The notes: generated by a model not told the origin, from the letters alone. 64,000 nt of DNA from an uncultured Acidobacteriota bacterium (GCA_963836075.1 CAWIIB010000009.1:1408001-1472000); one strand, 5' to 3'; counted from the stretch's first letter, positions 1 through 10,865 are shown. Made by a program: numbers and translations.

Positions 1-129
1 CGTGAATTCCTTGACGCCGGAAATGGAAAGGCCTACTCTTGGTACTAAGATCGCCCAATGCACGGTCACCGGCCTGGCGCCATAATCGTTCGTTGGTAAA
101 GACGGCCGGAAGAGAAGGCGCGGCTCAGG

Positions 130-850
130 TCAGTCCACGATGCTGAAGTTATACACTTGGGGTATGGCGTCAGGATCGGCTGGGTTGGATATTTCAAGCT
201 GGTATAGGCCGGGTTCCATCCGGGCCAGCGGGAGCAGAAGAGTGCCCGTCTGATCCTTGAAGCGATCAAACGTATCCTCCTGGTAAACGATTTCATTCGT
301 CTCTGAGGTCACCGCTACTCGGTAGGGCTCGCCAGAACGTGCTCCGGGGTAGACAAAACTGATCAGCCCCTCCTTTCCGGCGGAGCGATGAAAGACCTGT
401 TCCGTGCCTCCGCGAACGGGAAAGAGGGTGATGGCTTCCACCGGATGGATCGTCTGTGGGGTTTCTCCAGGTTTGCGCCATTGCGGTACCGATCACCAAG
501 GCCAGCAGCAGGACGATATAGATCAAAGTCGGCCGGAAAGCCAGCGGTGCGGATGGCCAGAGATAGCCCCAGGTGGTTAGCCAGAAAGATGGTTTTGTCC
601 CCGCCGGCGTGGCTGGAACTGGAGCCGTCGTCTCTTTCTCCTGCGCCTCGGCTTCCTGCTGAAGGGCCGAACGCACGGCGGGGCTTTTCCGGAGCGCGAT
701 TGCTGTTGCCTCGAACCGCTGCACTTCATGGTGACAATGCCCGCAGTCGAGGAGATGGATTTCGAAAAGGGTCTGCTGGTCCTCTGTCAGCAGGCCCACT
801 TCATAGGCATGGAAGAGACGGCCAACTTCAATGTCGATACATTGTTCCAT
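130..850 (-). pseudogene. Zinc-binding (zf-HC2) transmembrane anti-sigma factor, frameshifted
   Basis: ORF 293..850 has FEIHLLDCGHC (HxxxCxxC) and a TM helix (LIYIVLLLALVIG). The plausible periplasmic domain continues in ORF 130..441 (QWRKPGETPQTIHPVEAITLFPVRG...GLYQLEI). Frame change near 480-495. Directly downstream of the ECF sigma. Confidence 0.75.
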
Positions 851-853
851 GGC

Positions 854-1447
854 TCATATCCTACCCGTTTTAAGGCAATGATCCATCATCTGTCGGCCCC
901 GGTTGAGGATCACATACATGTTTTTCGCCTTGATTCCCACCCGCCGGCAAATTTCGTCGGTGGTGAAGCCCTGAAATCTCAAGTTCATCACCCTGGAGTA
1001 ATGAGCGTTCTTTTGGGTCATCTTCCGCAGACAGGCCACCAGATCTCGTTCCAAAACGGGATCGACGCTGCCAGATCCGGCCACTTCCCGGCTCTCTTCT
1101 GCATCGAGTGAATCTGTTTGGTTCTGTTTCACTTTTGGCCTCTGCAAGTAATTCCCGATCTTATTTTTCAGCACCTGATGGGCCCAGGCTGCCGGACTTT
1201 TGTGGAATACGGCTTTCTTGTATTTTTCCAGGACGGTGATACAGGCTTCCTGGGCCAGGTCCTCTGCGTCCTCTCCCACTGTTCTTTTGGCGATGAAGGT
1301 GAATCTTACAAAAAGATGCTCATACAACGCACTCTCGGCATCGGTGTCTCCGGTCAAGGCACTTTCGATCAGCTGGGCCGTATTGTGTTGTGGGCTGGTC
1401 ATGCGATCTCGATCTGCGGGCGATGGTCTGAGCGAATCGTCGATCAT
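854..1447 (-). CDS. ECF-type RNA polymerase sigma factor
   Basis: Region 2 (DAEDLAQEAC...AWAHQVLKNKIGNYL) and region 4 (GFTTDEICRRVGI...LNRGRQMM). Start uncertain (1402, 1447 or 1495). Confidence 0.9.
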   Translation of the reverse strand: MIDDSLRPSPADRDRMTSPQHNTAQLIESALTGDTDAESALYEHLFVRFTFIAKRTVGEDAEDLAQEACITVLEKYKKAVFHKSPAAWAHQVLKNKIGNYLQRPKVKQNQTDSLDAEESREVAGSGSVDPVLERDLVACLRKMTQKNAHYSRVMNLRFQGFTTDEICRRVGIKAKNMYVILNRGRQMMDHCLKTGRI

Positions 1448-1525
1448 CGAATTTTCAATGCCAGTAAAACTATCGATTTTTTCCGGTATATGCAAGCGGT
1501 GACCGGGCTGATAGGTATCTTCCTA

Positions 1526-2446
1526 TCAGGCCGGGTCACCCAGAAGGATAAAGGCCGCCCAGAACCTGGGATTCTGGAATGGATACGCCGCGCCACTCCC
1601 GTTGTCCGTGCCCAAGTGCTTCTTCGCTTCATCGGCCAGCAGGGTTTTCAACCATCTCTTTGCTTCCTGAAGCGCTTCGGCCTTGGGCATTCGCGCTCCT
1701 GGATCGTATTCCGATCCGGCAAGCGAGCGAGGTGTTTGAAATGATCGCAGCAGGTTGGTGTAGAACCGCTGCATCAGCAGCATGGTGGCCTAGTCATCGA
1801 CTTTCCATAGACTCAGGAGAAGGCTGCGGGCCCCGGCGATAAAGAGGGCCTGGGGAAATCCGAGGAATCCCTCACCGCCCGCCTCCCGGCCCAGGGTTGT
1901 TTCACGGCCGCTGAGGGTGACCAGTTCGGCATCCAGCTTCCAGGTTCTCACGATTTGCTCCGCGGTTAGCTGTCCATCAAAGACTTCGTTCCCCTCCGCC
2001 ACCTGGGCCAACCTATCCGGCAACTGTTCCTGATATAGGATCAGGGCGGAACGCATGGCCGATCGGTCATCCATCACGCCATGAGTGGCCAGATGAAGAA
2101 GCTGGTATTCCCGCAGTTCACCCGACTCAACCATTTTCACCAGCGTTTGCTCGCTGGCTTCCGGTCCGAGAAGTTTTTTGAGCCGATGGTTCTTGCAGGC
2201 CTTCAGGAATAGTTCACTGATGGTCTCCACTTCGCGGCGGGTGAATGGCAACGGGTCAAACCACGTACCGCTTGTGCCGCGCAGGGCGCTGTCGAGCCGG
2301 CGACTGGCCCTAGGTCTTCGGGGCCGGCCAATTCGAGTTTGCCGTAGGTGAGCAGAACATCTCCGGACCGTAGACCCCCCGTGAAAGGCATTGGATCCGA
2401 GTGAAATCATCGCGATGTAGACACCATGATCCGGTGGTTCCGGCAT
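1526..2446 (-). pseudogene. Decayed PDZ-containing CHAT-domain protease (C-terminal part only)
   Basis: CHAT motifs LPFTRREV, LHLATHG, LSLWKVDD, FWAAFILLG. In-frame TAG at 1790-1792 (VDD*ATMLLM), catalytic Cys replaced (LSGRET), frameshift at G6 run 2375-2380, PDZ-like GLRSGDVLLTY. The 5' end is lost next to IS200. Confidence 0.85.
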
Positions 2447-2482
2447 GGATTCCGCGTCGGCTTTCGGTTCCGTGCGCCTGGT

Positions 2483-3059
2483 CTAATCCTACCGTCTTTC
2501 AGACAGTCAACTTTCAGTATAGGATGAATCTCCGAAGGAGAGCCATGCCATGACAGCTGAATACAAGACGAGCGGACATGCGATCTTTGATATCCAATAC
2601 CACCGATATTGGTGTACTAAATATCGTTATCTGGTATTATGTGGGGAGATTGGCCGAAGGTGCCGCGACCTGCTCCGTCAGATCGCCATGGCCCGTAATG
2701 TGACGATAATCCGAGGTGTGTTCGCACCGGATCATATCCATATGTTGGTTGCGTCACCGCCGTCGTTAGCGCCGAGCAAGCTTGTTCAATACCTGAAGGG
2801 TCGCTCATCACGTAAGCTCCAAATGGAGTTCGAAGAACTGAATCGGCGCTACTGGGGTCAGCCTCTGTGGGCCAGGGGCAACTTCTGCTCGACAGTTGGA
2901 ACCGTGACCGATGAGATTATCAAGAAGTACATAGAAGAGCAGAAGTGGGAAGACGACGGTGGCAAGGGATTCAAGATAGTGCCGGAGTAGCGCCATTTTA
3001 GTGGCTCCCGCAACTATTAATCGCATTACAACCCACCGGCTTTAGCCAGTGGTGGTTCA
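2483..3059 (+). mobile_element. IS200/IS605-family element (tnpA only)
   Basis: Y1 transposase with subterminal hairpins: right end CCACCGGCT-TT-AGCCAGTGG-TGGTTCA (3033-3059), degenerate left hairpin 2491-2507. Boundaries approximate. Confidence 0.8.
2550..2990 (+). CDS. tnpA: IS200-family Y1 (HUH) transposase
   Basis: YHxxWCTKYR, PDHIHML (HUH), KGRSS, LWARG and catalytic YIEEQ; RBS AAGGAG upstream. Confidence 0.95.
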   Translation: MTAEYKTSGHAIFDIQYHRYWCTKYRYLVLCGEIGRRCRDLLRQIAMARNVTIIRGVFAPDHIHMLVASPPSLAPSKLVQYLKGRSSRKLQMEFEELNRRYWGQPLWARGNFCSTVGTVTDEIIKKYIEEQKWEDDGGKGFKIVPE

Positions 3060-3094
3060 GTGTGAGAAGTCATGCGAGGAATGGAATCGACGTG

Positions 3095-6000
3095 ATGAAA
3101 TACTCATCGAAGATCAATCTGGCCCTCTCCGTAATTTTTTGCTGTCATCTCATGTTTTCCTCCGGCCTTTGCTTGGCGGAAGATACCTCGGCCGAGAGGA
3201 CGTTCCAGACGAAGATAGAAGTGATGGTTGCTCTGCTGGAAGACAAGCAATTGGATCAGGCTGAAAAGAAAGGGGAGGAGCTTCTGGAAGAGGCGAAGCA
3301 GGAATTTGGTGAATCTTCCGCCATGGTCGCTCGATTGCTGGTTGTTCTCAGCAAATGCAGCAAGGAACGGGAGGACCATTCAACACGCGAGAAGCTGCTT
3401 CTTGAAGCTGTCGCCATACGCGAGAAGATTTTTGGGGCTGACCATCTGGAAGTGGGTGAGTGCCTGTTCAATCTGGCCACACTCAAAGAACGGCAGGGGC
3501 AGTATCCTGAAGCTGAATCGTATTTTGAGCGGTGCGAGAAGATCTACGAGCAGAACCAAGGCTCGGATCATCCTGACCTGGCAGTGGTCCTGGATAGTTT
3601 CGGGATCCTCTACGCCAAGATGGGGCAGTATGGAAGAGCGGAGCCGCTGTATCAGCGAGCACTCAATATAAGGCAAAAGGCATTTGGCCCGGATGATATC
3701 AATGTTGGCAGGACTCTCAACAACCTGGGTATTCTGTATTGGCAGCAGGGGAAATTCAACGAGGCAGGGGCTTTTATTGAGCGGTCACTGAAGATTTCCG
3801 AAAAAGTAAAGGGGCCTGAAAGCATCGAGGTGCTCAAAGCTCTGAGCAACCTGCTGATCATCAATGCGGTTCAGGGGAAATTGGGAGAGGCTGAAATTCT
3901 GGGTAAGCAGGCGGTGGCGCTCTCGGAGAAGATACGCGGGCCTGATCATTACAGTGTATCCCTCAATCTGTCCAACCTGGCGAATGTCTATGTTGATCAG
4001 GGCCGACCAGAGGAATCCCTTCCCTTGCTCGAGCGGGCACTGGCGATTCGTGAAAAAATTCTGGGGCCGGATCATCCACAATCGGCTATCGTTCTGCAAA
4101 ACCTGGCAACACTCAATATGAAACTAGGGAAATACTCTGAAGCGGAACCGATCTTCAGGCGAATTGTCGAAATCAGGGAGAAATCCCTAGGGCCGGATCA
4201 TCCTCACCTGGCGCTTGGTCTGGGAGGATTGTCTGAAAACTATTGGGTGAGAGGGATGCTGGAAGAGGCTGAATCAACAAACAGACGTGCTTTGGATATC
4301 AGGGAAAAAGTTCTTGGTCTGATCCACCCTGATACGGCAGAGACACTGGGTCGACAGGCCCTCTTATTTGGTGATATGGGCGAGATGAAGAGCTGTTTGA
4401 CCTACCTTAAAAAAGAGCATCTATCGAGGCAGGCCTTTATCGAGTATGCCTTCTCCTATGCATCTGAAGATCAGAAAATGCGTTACATTGAAAAATATTA
4501 TTTACTTTCCAGCGATCTTCTTGCTTTTACCTTGTCGGTTGAGGATTCGGCTTCCACTGGCAACCCTGAGGCGCTGGACAGAAATACCTGCGAGGATTTT
4601 AAAAGCCTGGCCTTGGAAATGATCCTGAAATCCAAATCCGTGGTGATCGATGCCATATCGGTTGAGCGGCAGCGGGCCAGATGTTCATCTGATGACCGGA
4701 TTCTGGGGAAAGTGGAAGAACTCGATGAGGTGTGTAGCCGGATATCAACATTGACCTTTGAAGGATTGGAAAATCCTGGTCCATTGGATAGTCACCAGGA
4801 AATCGCGGAACTCTACCAGTTGAAAGATATGCTGGAGAGAGATCTGAGCCAGGATTGCGCCGAGTTCAGGGATGATCTGGCCTTGAGGAAGTTCACTGTT
4901 GCCGATGTGGCCGAGGCCCTTCCCCGGGGAAGCGTTCTCTGGGAATTCATCCGGTGCGTGATTCCAACCCGAAACTATTCCACGGGGAGGATTCAGATCA
5001 TCAATAACGCCAGATACCTGGCGTTCACCCTGGATGGAGATGGCATAATCACCGCTGTCGACCTTGGAGATGCGGACGAAATCGATCGTTTAGTGCAGGC
5101 GGCCAGGGAGCAGGTCGATAAGTCCCGCACCCATGCTTATACACCGTTCGCTGTTGAGTCAGAGAAGGAGCTGAAGAAGACCACCGGCCAATTGTATGAT
5201 CTGCTATTCGCGCCTCTTGTGGCCACGCTGAGTGAAAAGAGGGATGTCATCATCTCCCCAGATGGCCAGCTGAACCTCCTGCCGTTTGAAATCCTGCCAT
5301 GCTCCGACAGCGAGTATGCTGTTGAGAAATACAAGATCAGTTATGTCTCATCGGGCAGAGACCTGCTCAAGTTTCAACGACAGCGGGATCACAGCAATTG
5401 GTCACTGGTGATGGCCGCTCCGGATTTCAACGCCTCGGGAGAGGAGCCGAGCCCGCAGAGCGGAACATTGGTGGCCCAATCTCTCGATCTCAACTATGTG
5501 CCCGGGCGTTCGCGCGGCGCCAGCGAGTGTTTGACTCAAACATTCAACCCGATCCCCTACAGTGTGCAGGAAGCCAATTCGATTATGGCCCGGCTCCGAC
5601 TTTATCCGGGAATGGAGGTCCACTATCTATCTGGTGGTGAAGCCATGGAAGAGGTGCTGAAGCGCCTGGATCGATCGCCAAGAATACTCCACCTGGCTAC
5701 CCATGGGTTCTTTTGTGAGGATCTGGATTGTCAGGATGATACTTGCCTGGAGAACCCGCTGCTCCGGTCCGGCCTGGCCCTGGCCGGTGCGAATCTTTCC
5801 AGGCCGGGGAAGAAGCCGGGTGGAAAGATTGATGCGCCCACTGGTGAAGATGGACTGTTAACCGCTTTTGAGGTTTCCGGCCTGAGCCTGGAGAACACGG
5901 AGTTGGTTGTCCTGTCGGCCTGCGAAACTGGTGTGGGTGAAGTCAAGAATGGTGAAGGTGTGTATGGGCTGCGGCGCAGCTTTCTGCATGCTGGTTCACA

Positions 6001-6208
6001 AACGATTTTAATGAGCCTGTGGAAGGTGCCGGACAAGGAAACCGCTGAGCTGATGGATCGGTTTTACCGGTACTGGGGTGAAGGTTATTCGAAGAAGGAG
6101 GCCCTGCGCCTGGCGGAGTTGGACCTGTTGCAGGCCCATCAGCGGGAGCATGGCCACGGTCTTCCCTTCTTCTGGGGTGCCTTTGTCGTGCTGGGCGACT
6201 CAGGCTAG
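3095..6208 (+). CDS. Secreted TPR + CHAT-domain (caspase-like) protease
   Basis: Signal peptide (MKYSSKINLALSVIFCC...CLAE), about nine 42-aa TPRs (GPDHP..A..LNNLA), CHAT motifs SPDGQLNLLPF, LHLATHG and VVLSACETG (His/Cys dyad intact), FWGAFVVLG. Confidence 0.93.
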   Translation: MKYSSKINLALSVIFCCHLMFSSGLCLAEDTSAERTFQTKIEVMVALLEDKQLDQAEKKGEELLEEAKQEFGESSAMVARLLVVLSKCSKEREDHSTREKLLLEAVAIREKIFGADHLEVGECLFNLATLKERQGQYPEAESYFERCEKIYEQNQGSDHPDLAVVLDSFGILYAKMGQYGRAEPLYQRALNIRQKAFGPDDINVGRTLNNLGILYWQQGKFNEAGAFIERSLKISEKVKGPESIEVLKALSNLLIINAVQGKLGEAEILGKQAVALSEKIRGPDHYSVSLNLSNLANVYVDQGRPEESLPLLERALAIREKILGPDHPQSAIVLQNLATLNMKLGKYSEAEPIFRRIVEIREKSLGPDHPHLALGLGGLSENYWVRGMLEEAESTNRRALDIREKVLGLIHPDTAETLGRQALLFGDMGEMKSCLTYLKKEHLSRQAFIEYAFSYASEDQKMRYIEKYYLLSSDLLAFTLSVEDSASTGNPEALDRNTCEDFKSLALEMILKSKSVVIDAISVERQRARCSSDDRILGKVEELDEVCSRISTLTFEGLENPGPLDSHQEIAELYQLKDMLERDLSQDCAEFRDDLALRKFTVADVAEALPRGSVLWEFIRCVIPTRNYSTGRIQIINNARYLAFTLDGDGIITAVDLGDADEIDRLVQAAREQVDKSRTHAYTPFAVESEKELKKTTGQLYDLLFAPLVATLSEKRDVIISPDGQLNLLPFEILPCSDSEYAVEKYKISYVSSGRDLLKFQRQRDHSNWSLVMAAPDFNASGEEPSPQSGTLVAQSLDLNYVPGRSRGASECLTQTFNPIPYSVQEANSIMARLRLYPGMEVHYLSGGEAMEEVLKRLDRSPRILHLATHGFFCEDLDCQDDTCLENPLLRSGLALAGANLSRPGKKPGGKIDAPTGEDGLLTAFEVSGLSLENTELVVLSACETGVGEVKNGEGVYGLRRSFLHAGSQTILMSLWKVPDKETAELMDRFYRYWGEGYSKKEALRLAELDLLQAHQREHGHGLPFFWGAFVVLGDSG

Positions 6209-6541
6209 TGTCGGAAAATGATCTTCCTGGTCGGTCGGCTGCATCCTGGCGGATCGTTGGGTCAACATCTCCGCAAAAAACTGCCCTACACCACAAAACC
6301 GAGGGCACAAGAACTTGAGATGTGGTGACGCAGACCCACGGAAGGTGTACCCCGCCAGCGAGTTTTGATCGACGCTGATGCTCGATTTTGCCTCGGTTTG
6401 ACGTCCCTCCAACCAAACTGATTGGTGAACTCTCCGGAAATATACGGGATGCTATCGCGATAGCGGTTAGAGGCTGATTTCATCCGCTTCGGACAGACAT
6501 CGCGATGACGAGGTATGGACGGCAAAGATCAGTGACGCGGT

Positions 6542-7880
6542 TCAGGCTGCCTTCCGCAGCTCGATCACGGGCAGATGCTTACTCCCTTCCAGGTAACCGA
6601 TAACCAGATTCAGCCGCACCCCTCGTTGTCCCTCAATCCTCGTTTGCGGTGCGGCGCATCGACTTTCAACTGGCCATTTCGGTCGTGGCTCGAATCTTGG
6701 GTTCGCGTTCCGAGGGGGTAGATCGAAGTAGACTTCCCTTGGTGTCTTTCCCGCGAGCCATTCATCCGGCCGGTGTTCGTTGTACCAGCCGGCATACAGG
6801 GACAGCTCATCTCTCATGGCCTCAAGACGCATTGGAACAAGAATCCTACGTGTACACTCACCCTTCACCGATCGGATACACCTCTCAACGACAGCGATGC
6901 TTCCGTGCTTGTTAACGGCACCATATCGAGGCTTGATACTACTTTGGTCACACCAATCCTTGAAGACTTCTCCAATGAAAACGGGACCTTGATCTGTGAT
7001 GATGTATTTTGGTCCTCGTCCGACTCTTCGAACAACTCTGTTGAGGAAATCATAGATGTCGATGGCAGATGGATGCTTCGGGAATACTGCAAACCCGATT
7101 ATTAGCCGGGAGAAATGGTCGACGACCACCGCCACCCACCAGCAGAAGGGCCACGCTTGGTTTAACGAAAACGGTATCCAGGGCACCCCAAAGCCTGCCC
7201 TCGTCGGAACAACGGTCATATCCACGTGATAAGTGATAAGCATGATTCGGATACTTGGCCGTCACTACACGCGTGGTGATGCCTTCTTCAACTTGTTCCA
7301 TCACCTCGGCCAGCGGTTCGTCACTTTTCAACATCCTTCGGATGGTCGTCGCACCGAGGTGAAGTCCTGCTCGTGCCAATTTTCGGGCGATGCGTTCATT
7401 GCCCATCGAAGGGAAGAACAGCTTTTTCTGACAAACGATGTATCGAACAAATTCAGGGAATTTGTTCACAGGCACTTGTAACCGAATCAGTGCCCTCTCC
7501 CCTTCCTCATCGACTCGTCTCAGCCACGAGGAAATCATCTGTTCGTTGAGCATTAATACTGCTGCAGCTTGTCGTGTCGACCACCCTCGTGCGGCCTTGA
7601 GTTTCAATATCCGCATTCTCTCATTGGGACGATAATAGGGACGCCGTTGGGGGTGGACACGCCCGAACCGGGCATCCTTGATGCTCCTCATTGAGAAGAG
7701 CGATTTCACTCTTTGCCTCATCCAGTTCGGCCTTCAGACGGACCAGCCTGTCGGCTCTCTCAGCTGCCCATCCACGGGCAGATGTATAAACCATCGAGGC
7801 AAGTGAGATGGTATGGAGAACAGCGGACTTAATGTGCTGTGCCATCGTTTTGGAAGGGAAATATCGGTGATTTGGGCCAT
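6542..7880 (-). pseudogene. HTH + integrase-core (rve, DDE) transposase, frameshifted three times
   Basis: Pieces MAQITDISLPKRW / QHIKSAVLHTISLA / IKDARFGRV..HTH / HVDMT..VVDHFSR..IITDQG..VERCIRSVKGE..YNEHRP lie in different frames. One shift is a 7-bp tandem duplication (GTGATAA x2, about 7226-7239). Confidence 0.85.
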
Positions 7881-8064
7881 TTGGGTCCGCCACGAACTCT
7901 CTTACGCCCAGCATCACAGAGGATAATATAAGTCTTTTTGATCTTAGATGTTACATTCCAAGTTGGAGGTCTGATTCGGCACACTAAACTCGGTGGCGGA
8001 TTACACTCTACCCGATCCGCCGAAGTGGCAGAAAGGCGCACAGCCGGCAACCGCACACACAAAT

Positions 8065-8092
8065 CGGGGGAGGTGGTTCCCCACCTCCCCCG
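8065..8092 (-). terminator. Putative terminator hairpin after the 8110..9969 gene
   Basis: Perfect 12-bp stem CGGGGGAGGTGG-ttcc-CCACCTCCCCCG; weak U tract. Confidence 0.6.
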
Positions 8093-8109
8093 CGATGGTG
8101 TTGAAAAGC

Positions 8110-9969
8110 CTAGGGCATGATGCCTTCGATCGTGCAGGAATCGAATCCGGTGTCTCCCGATGGTTGATAGGGCGGCTGATTGTATGGTTCCGGCGTCACG
8201 TCCTGGGCATAGAGTGAAAAGACATTGTCGCCGATCATGAATGACTGGGCGGGAATGGTCATGGTCCAACTCGACTGGAATACCTGCCCGCCGGTCAAGT
8301 TGGTGTAGCCGCGACGCCAGTTGTTCACGAATTGGCCGCTGGCCAGATCAACGGTCAGCAGCCCGGCGATACTTCTGGTCTCGTCGCTGTTATTGGTCAT
8401 GCTCACCGACAGCTGGGTGGCAAAGGGAACGGTTCCCGAGTTGGGAACGCAGGTGAGAGCAGCAGTGACCGTCCCCTCCTCGATCCCCTCCATCCAGATA
8501 TCGTCCAGATACCAACCGTTATCGTTACTAAAACTTCCGGATGTGATACAGAAAGCGATTCTGATGGTCATACCTTTGTATGCGAACAAATCGACATAGA
8601 CCTGTGACCATTCCCCACCGTTCCCATCAAAAGGTTCCCCAACAGCGATCCAATCCCCCGCCTCGGTGACTACATAGACCTGTCCCTGATCATCACCCAG
8701 ACGGAACCAATGTTTGAAGTAAAGACCCGGATATTGGCCGACCTCATCGGTGAGAGTGAACTCCAGGCTGAGCAGACAGCTGTTGGCGCCACTATAGTAA
8801 TTCCCGTCAAGCACCGTGCCGGCACAATTGACCGGTGAGGGACAATCCTCAGGGCCCACTGTCGGCTCGCCGATTTGCCAGAGGCCGTTGGTGGCGCTCC
8901 AGAATCCAGGGCCTGACTCGAAATTCTCCGGATTCGGATAGACCACTGGACCGAAGAAGAGCGATACATCATCGATATACCAACCGCTGTCAGTGCTAAA
9001 GGATCCTGATGAAAAATAGAAGGAAAGGCGAATCGTGGAACCAGCATAGGCAGTGAGATCCACAACGACTTGTGTCCACTCCAGGCTGTCACCATCAACC
9101 GTACCATGTACCGTTTGCCAACTGCCCCCGTCGACCGAGATCTGGACGTATCCTGCATCATCGCTCAGGCTGAACCACTGCCAGAATAGCAGCAGGATTT
9201 TGCTATTGCTCGACCGGTCAGCAGGCAAGGTGGTCTCCGGGCTGACCAATCTTGTGTTCGCACCGTCTGAATAATTGCCGCCAAGGACAGTCCCGGCGCA
9301 ATCGGTACCTGAGTGACCTGCACTTGGTCCCACGGTGGGAGTTCCCACTTGCCACAAGCCATTGTCCGCGCTCCAGTCCCCAACGCCCAGTTCGAAGTCC
9401 TCTGGATTGGGGTATTCCACCGGATCATGACGGATGGCCACATCATCCACATACCATCCAAGGGCTGTACTAAAACTGCCGGAAGTAAATCTGAAAGCAA
9501 CATCCACGGTCAAGCCGGCATAATCGGACAGATCCACATAGACCTGGGTCCAGGCCGAACTGGTTCCGTCGAACGGGCCGTGCAGCGTTTGCCACTCACC
9601 ACCCACCTCCTTGATCTCGACATATCCCTGATCATCGCTCAGGTTGAACCAGTGCCAGAACTGCAGACGGATCTTTTCATCACCGCTGATTGTCGGCAAT
9701 GCAATGTGCGGACTGATAAGACTAGTGTTTGAACCGTCCGGGTAGTTGCCGCTCAGGTTGGTGGCCGCACAATCAGTGGGCGAATGGCATTCAGGCGGGC
9801 CGGCGGTTGGCGTACCAACGTCCCAAACACCGTTGTTGGCCCACCAGCCATTCCAGCCATACTCGAAGTCATACTGGTAGACCACATCGGCGGAGACGGG
9901 AAAAGAAATCATGAGAAATAGAGCAGAAACGACCAGCAGAGAACGACACGGATTGAAGTTGTTCACCAT
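8110..9969 (-). CDS. Secreted protein with three tandem MAM/choice-of-anchor-J-like beta-sandwich repeats and a C-terminal Ig-like domain
   Basis: RBS AAGGAG, signal peptide ending PVSA, three ~158-aa repeats (FExG..WsAxNGxWqvGxPTxGP...GWYxDD), C-terminal TAALTCVP...DVTPEPYNQPPYQPSGDT. Confidence 0.85.
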   Translation of the reverse strand: MVNNFNPCRSLLVVSALFLMISFPVSADVVYQYDFEYGWNGWWANNGVWDVGTPTAGPPECHSPTDCAATNLSGNYPDGSNTSLISPHIALPTISGDEKIRLQFWHWFNLSDDQGYVEIKEVGGEWQTLHGPFDGTSSAWTQVYVDLSDYAGLTVDVAFRFTSGSFSTALGWYVDDVAIRHDPVEYPNPEDFELGVGDWSADNGLWQVGTPTVGPSAGHSGTDCAGTVLGGNYSDGANTRLVSPETTLPADRSSNSKILLLFWQWFSLSDDAGYVQISVDGGSWQTVHGTVDGDSLEWTQVVVDLTAYAGSTIRLSFYFSSGSFSTDSGWYIDDVSLFFGPVVYPNPENFESGPGFWSATNGLWQIGEPTVGPEDCPSPVNCAGTVLDGNYYSGANSCLLSLEFTLTDEVGQYPGLYFKHWFRLGDDQGQVYVVTEAGDWIAVGEPFDGNGGEWSQVYVDLFAYKGMTIRIAFCITSGSFSNDNGWYLDDIWMEGIEEGTVTAALTCVPNSGTVPFATQLSVSMTNNSDETRSIAGLLTVDLASGQFVNNWRRGYTNLTGGQVFQSSWTMTIPAQSFMIGDNVFSLYAQDVTPEPYNQPPYQPSGDTGFDSCTIEGIMP

Positions 9970-10441
9970 TGGAATCTCTCCTTGAGCACACGGTCTGTCG
10001 AGCGAATGTTCCAACAGCGCGAACATCTCGCGGCAGAACCGGTTTAGCGTGATAGATATCGATCAATAGCGATAAATCAACGTCGACCGGGCCTGACGCT
10101 GGTGATGAGGCCCAGAGGGGATCCAGGTTTCTAAATCATGATGACGGCCCTCCCTGTTTATTGACGTGCCAGCCTGGTATCAGCAGTTCACAGAGTCTGA
10201 AACGATCTCAGGGACATGCACCTGATGTTTGGTGGCTACAACACATATTTGGGGTCTCCGGACAATCTAACAATATTTTCCAAAAATCATGCCGAGGCTC
10301 TGATCAGGACAATCAGAAGCGGAGATGATTCCAGAGAACATATGCACGCAAAGTCCCGAAGGCACTGACATTAAATTTCCAGAATGATGAGTTGGGCAGT
10401 TGTGCCAGGATTGAATTCTTCCTGAACCAATATTTTGCAAT

Positions 10442-10469
10442 ATTATGTAAACACATTTAGTTTTGTCAA
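10442..10469 (-). promoter_or_regulatory. Putative sigma70 promoter upstream of the repeat protein gene
   Basis: TTGACA-16 nt-CATAAT on the minus strand in an AT-rich patch. Confidence 0.4.
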
Positions 10470-10685
10470 TGGCATGTAGAGAAAAGTAATTCTCCTCTCG
10501 CATGGCCGGTGGCTTCAGGAAGGCCCCTGAGGGGGCGTTCAACTTTAGTGGAATCCCCTTTGATATATAATGTTTTCCTTATCTGGAGCCAGTTTAAATT
10601 TCGGCTGCCGGCACCCCCTGCCTCACCGAATACCATGGAATAAATTTACGAAATGTTGCGAGGGAGTCCGTCTTCGGTTCTCAGT

Positions 10686-10865
10686 TGGCGACATGCCCCC
10701 TGACGAAAATCCTCACCCGGGCACAAAAACCCCCGCCAGGCTTTCACCCGGCGGGGGTTTGTCATGCGAACTCAGTTGAAGTGATCAGCTGTCAGAGCCG
10801 GACCGGCCGCCACGGCCGGCGCCACCATTGTGACCGCGTTCACCGCCCTGAGGGCTCCCTGGCCC
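10686..10865 (-). repeat. Diverged copy of the pnp 3' tail and terminator
   Basis: 10785-10865 encodes ...GGERGHNGGAGRGGRSGSDS*, matching the pnp C-terminus GRGGRSGSDS*. 10686-10765 matches 14442-14517, including the terminator. Confidence 0.9.

Noticed and set aside
50-100. Integron attC or dif-like site near the window start
   Set aside because: Core motifs and pairing are too poor, and there is no integron integrase.
1790-1792. In-frame TAG in the CHAT gene as pyrrolysine or readthrough
   Set aside because: The same gene has a frameshift, an internal deletion, a lost catalytic Cys and 5' truncation, so it is ordinary decay.
10484-10545. Relic IS200-like right end on the minus strand
   Set aside because: Only partial resemblance, with a broken hairpin and no transposase; too weak to call.
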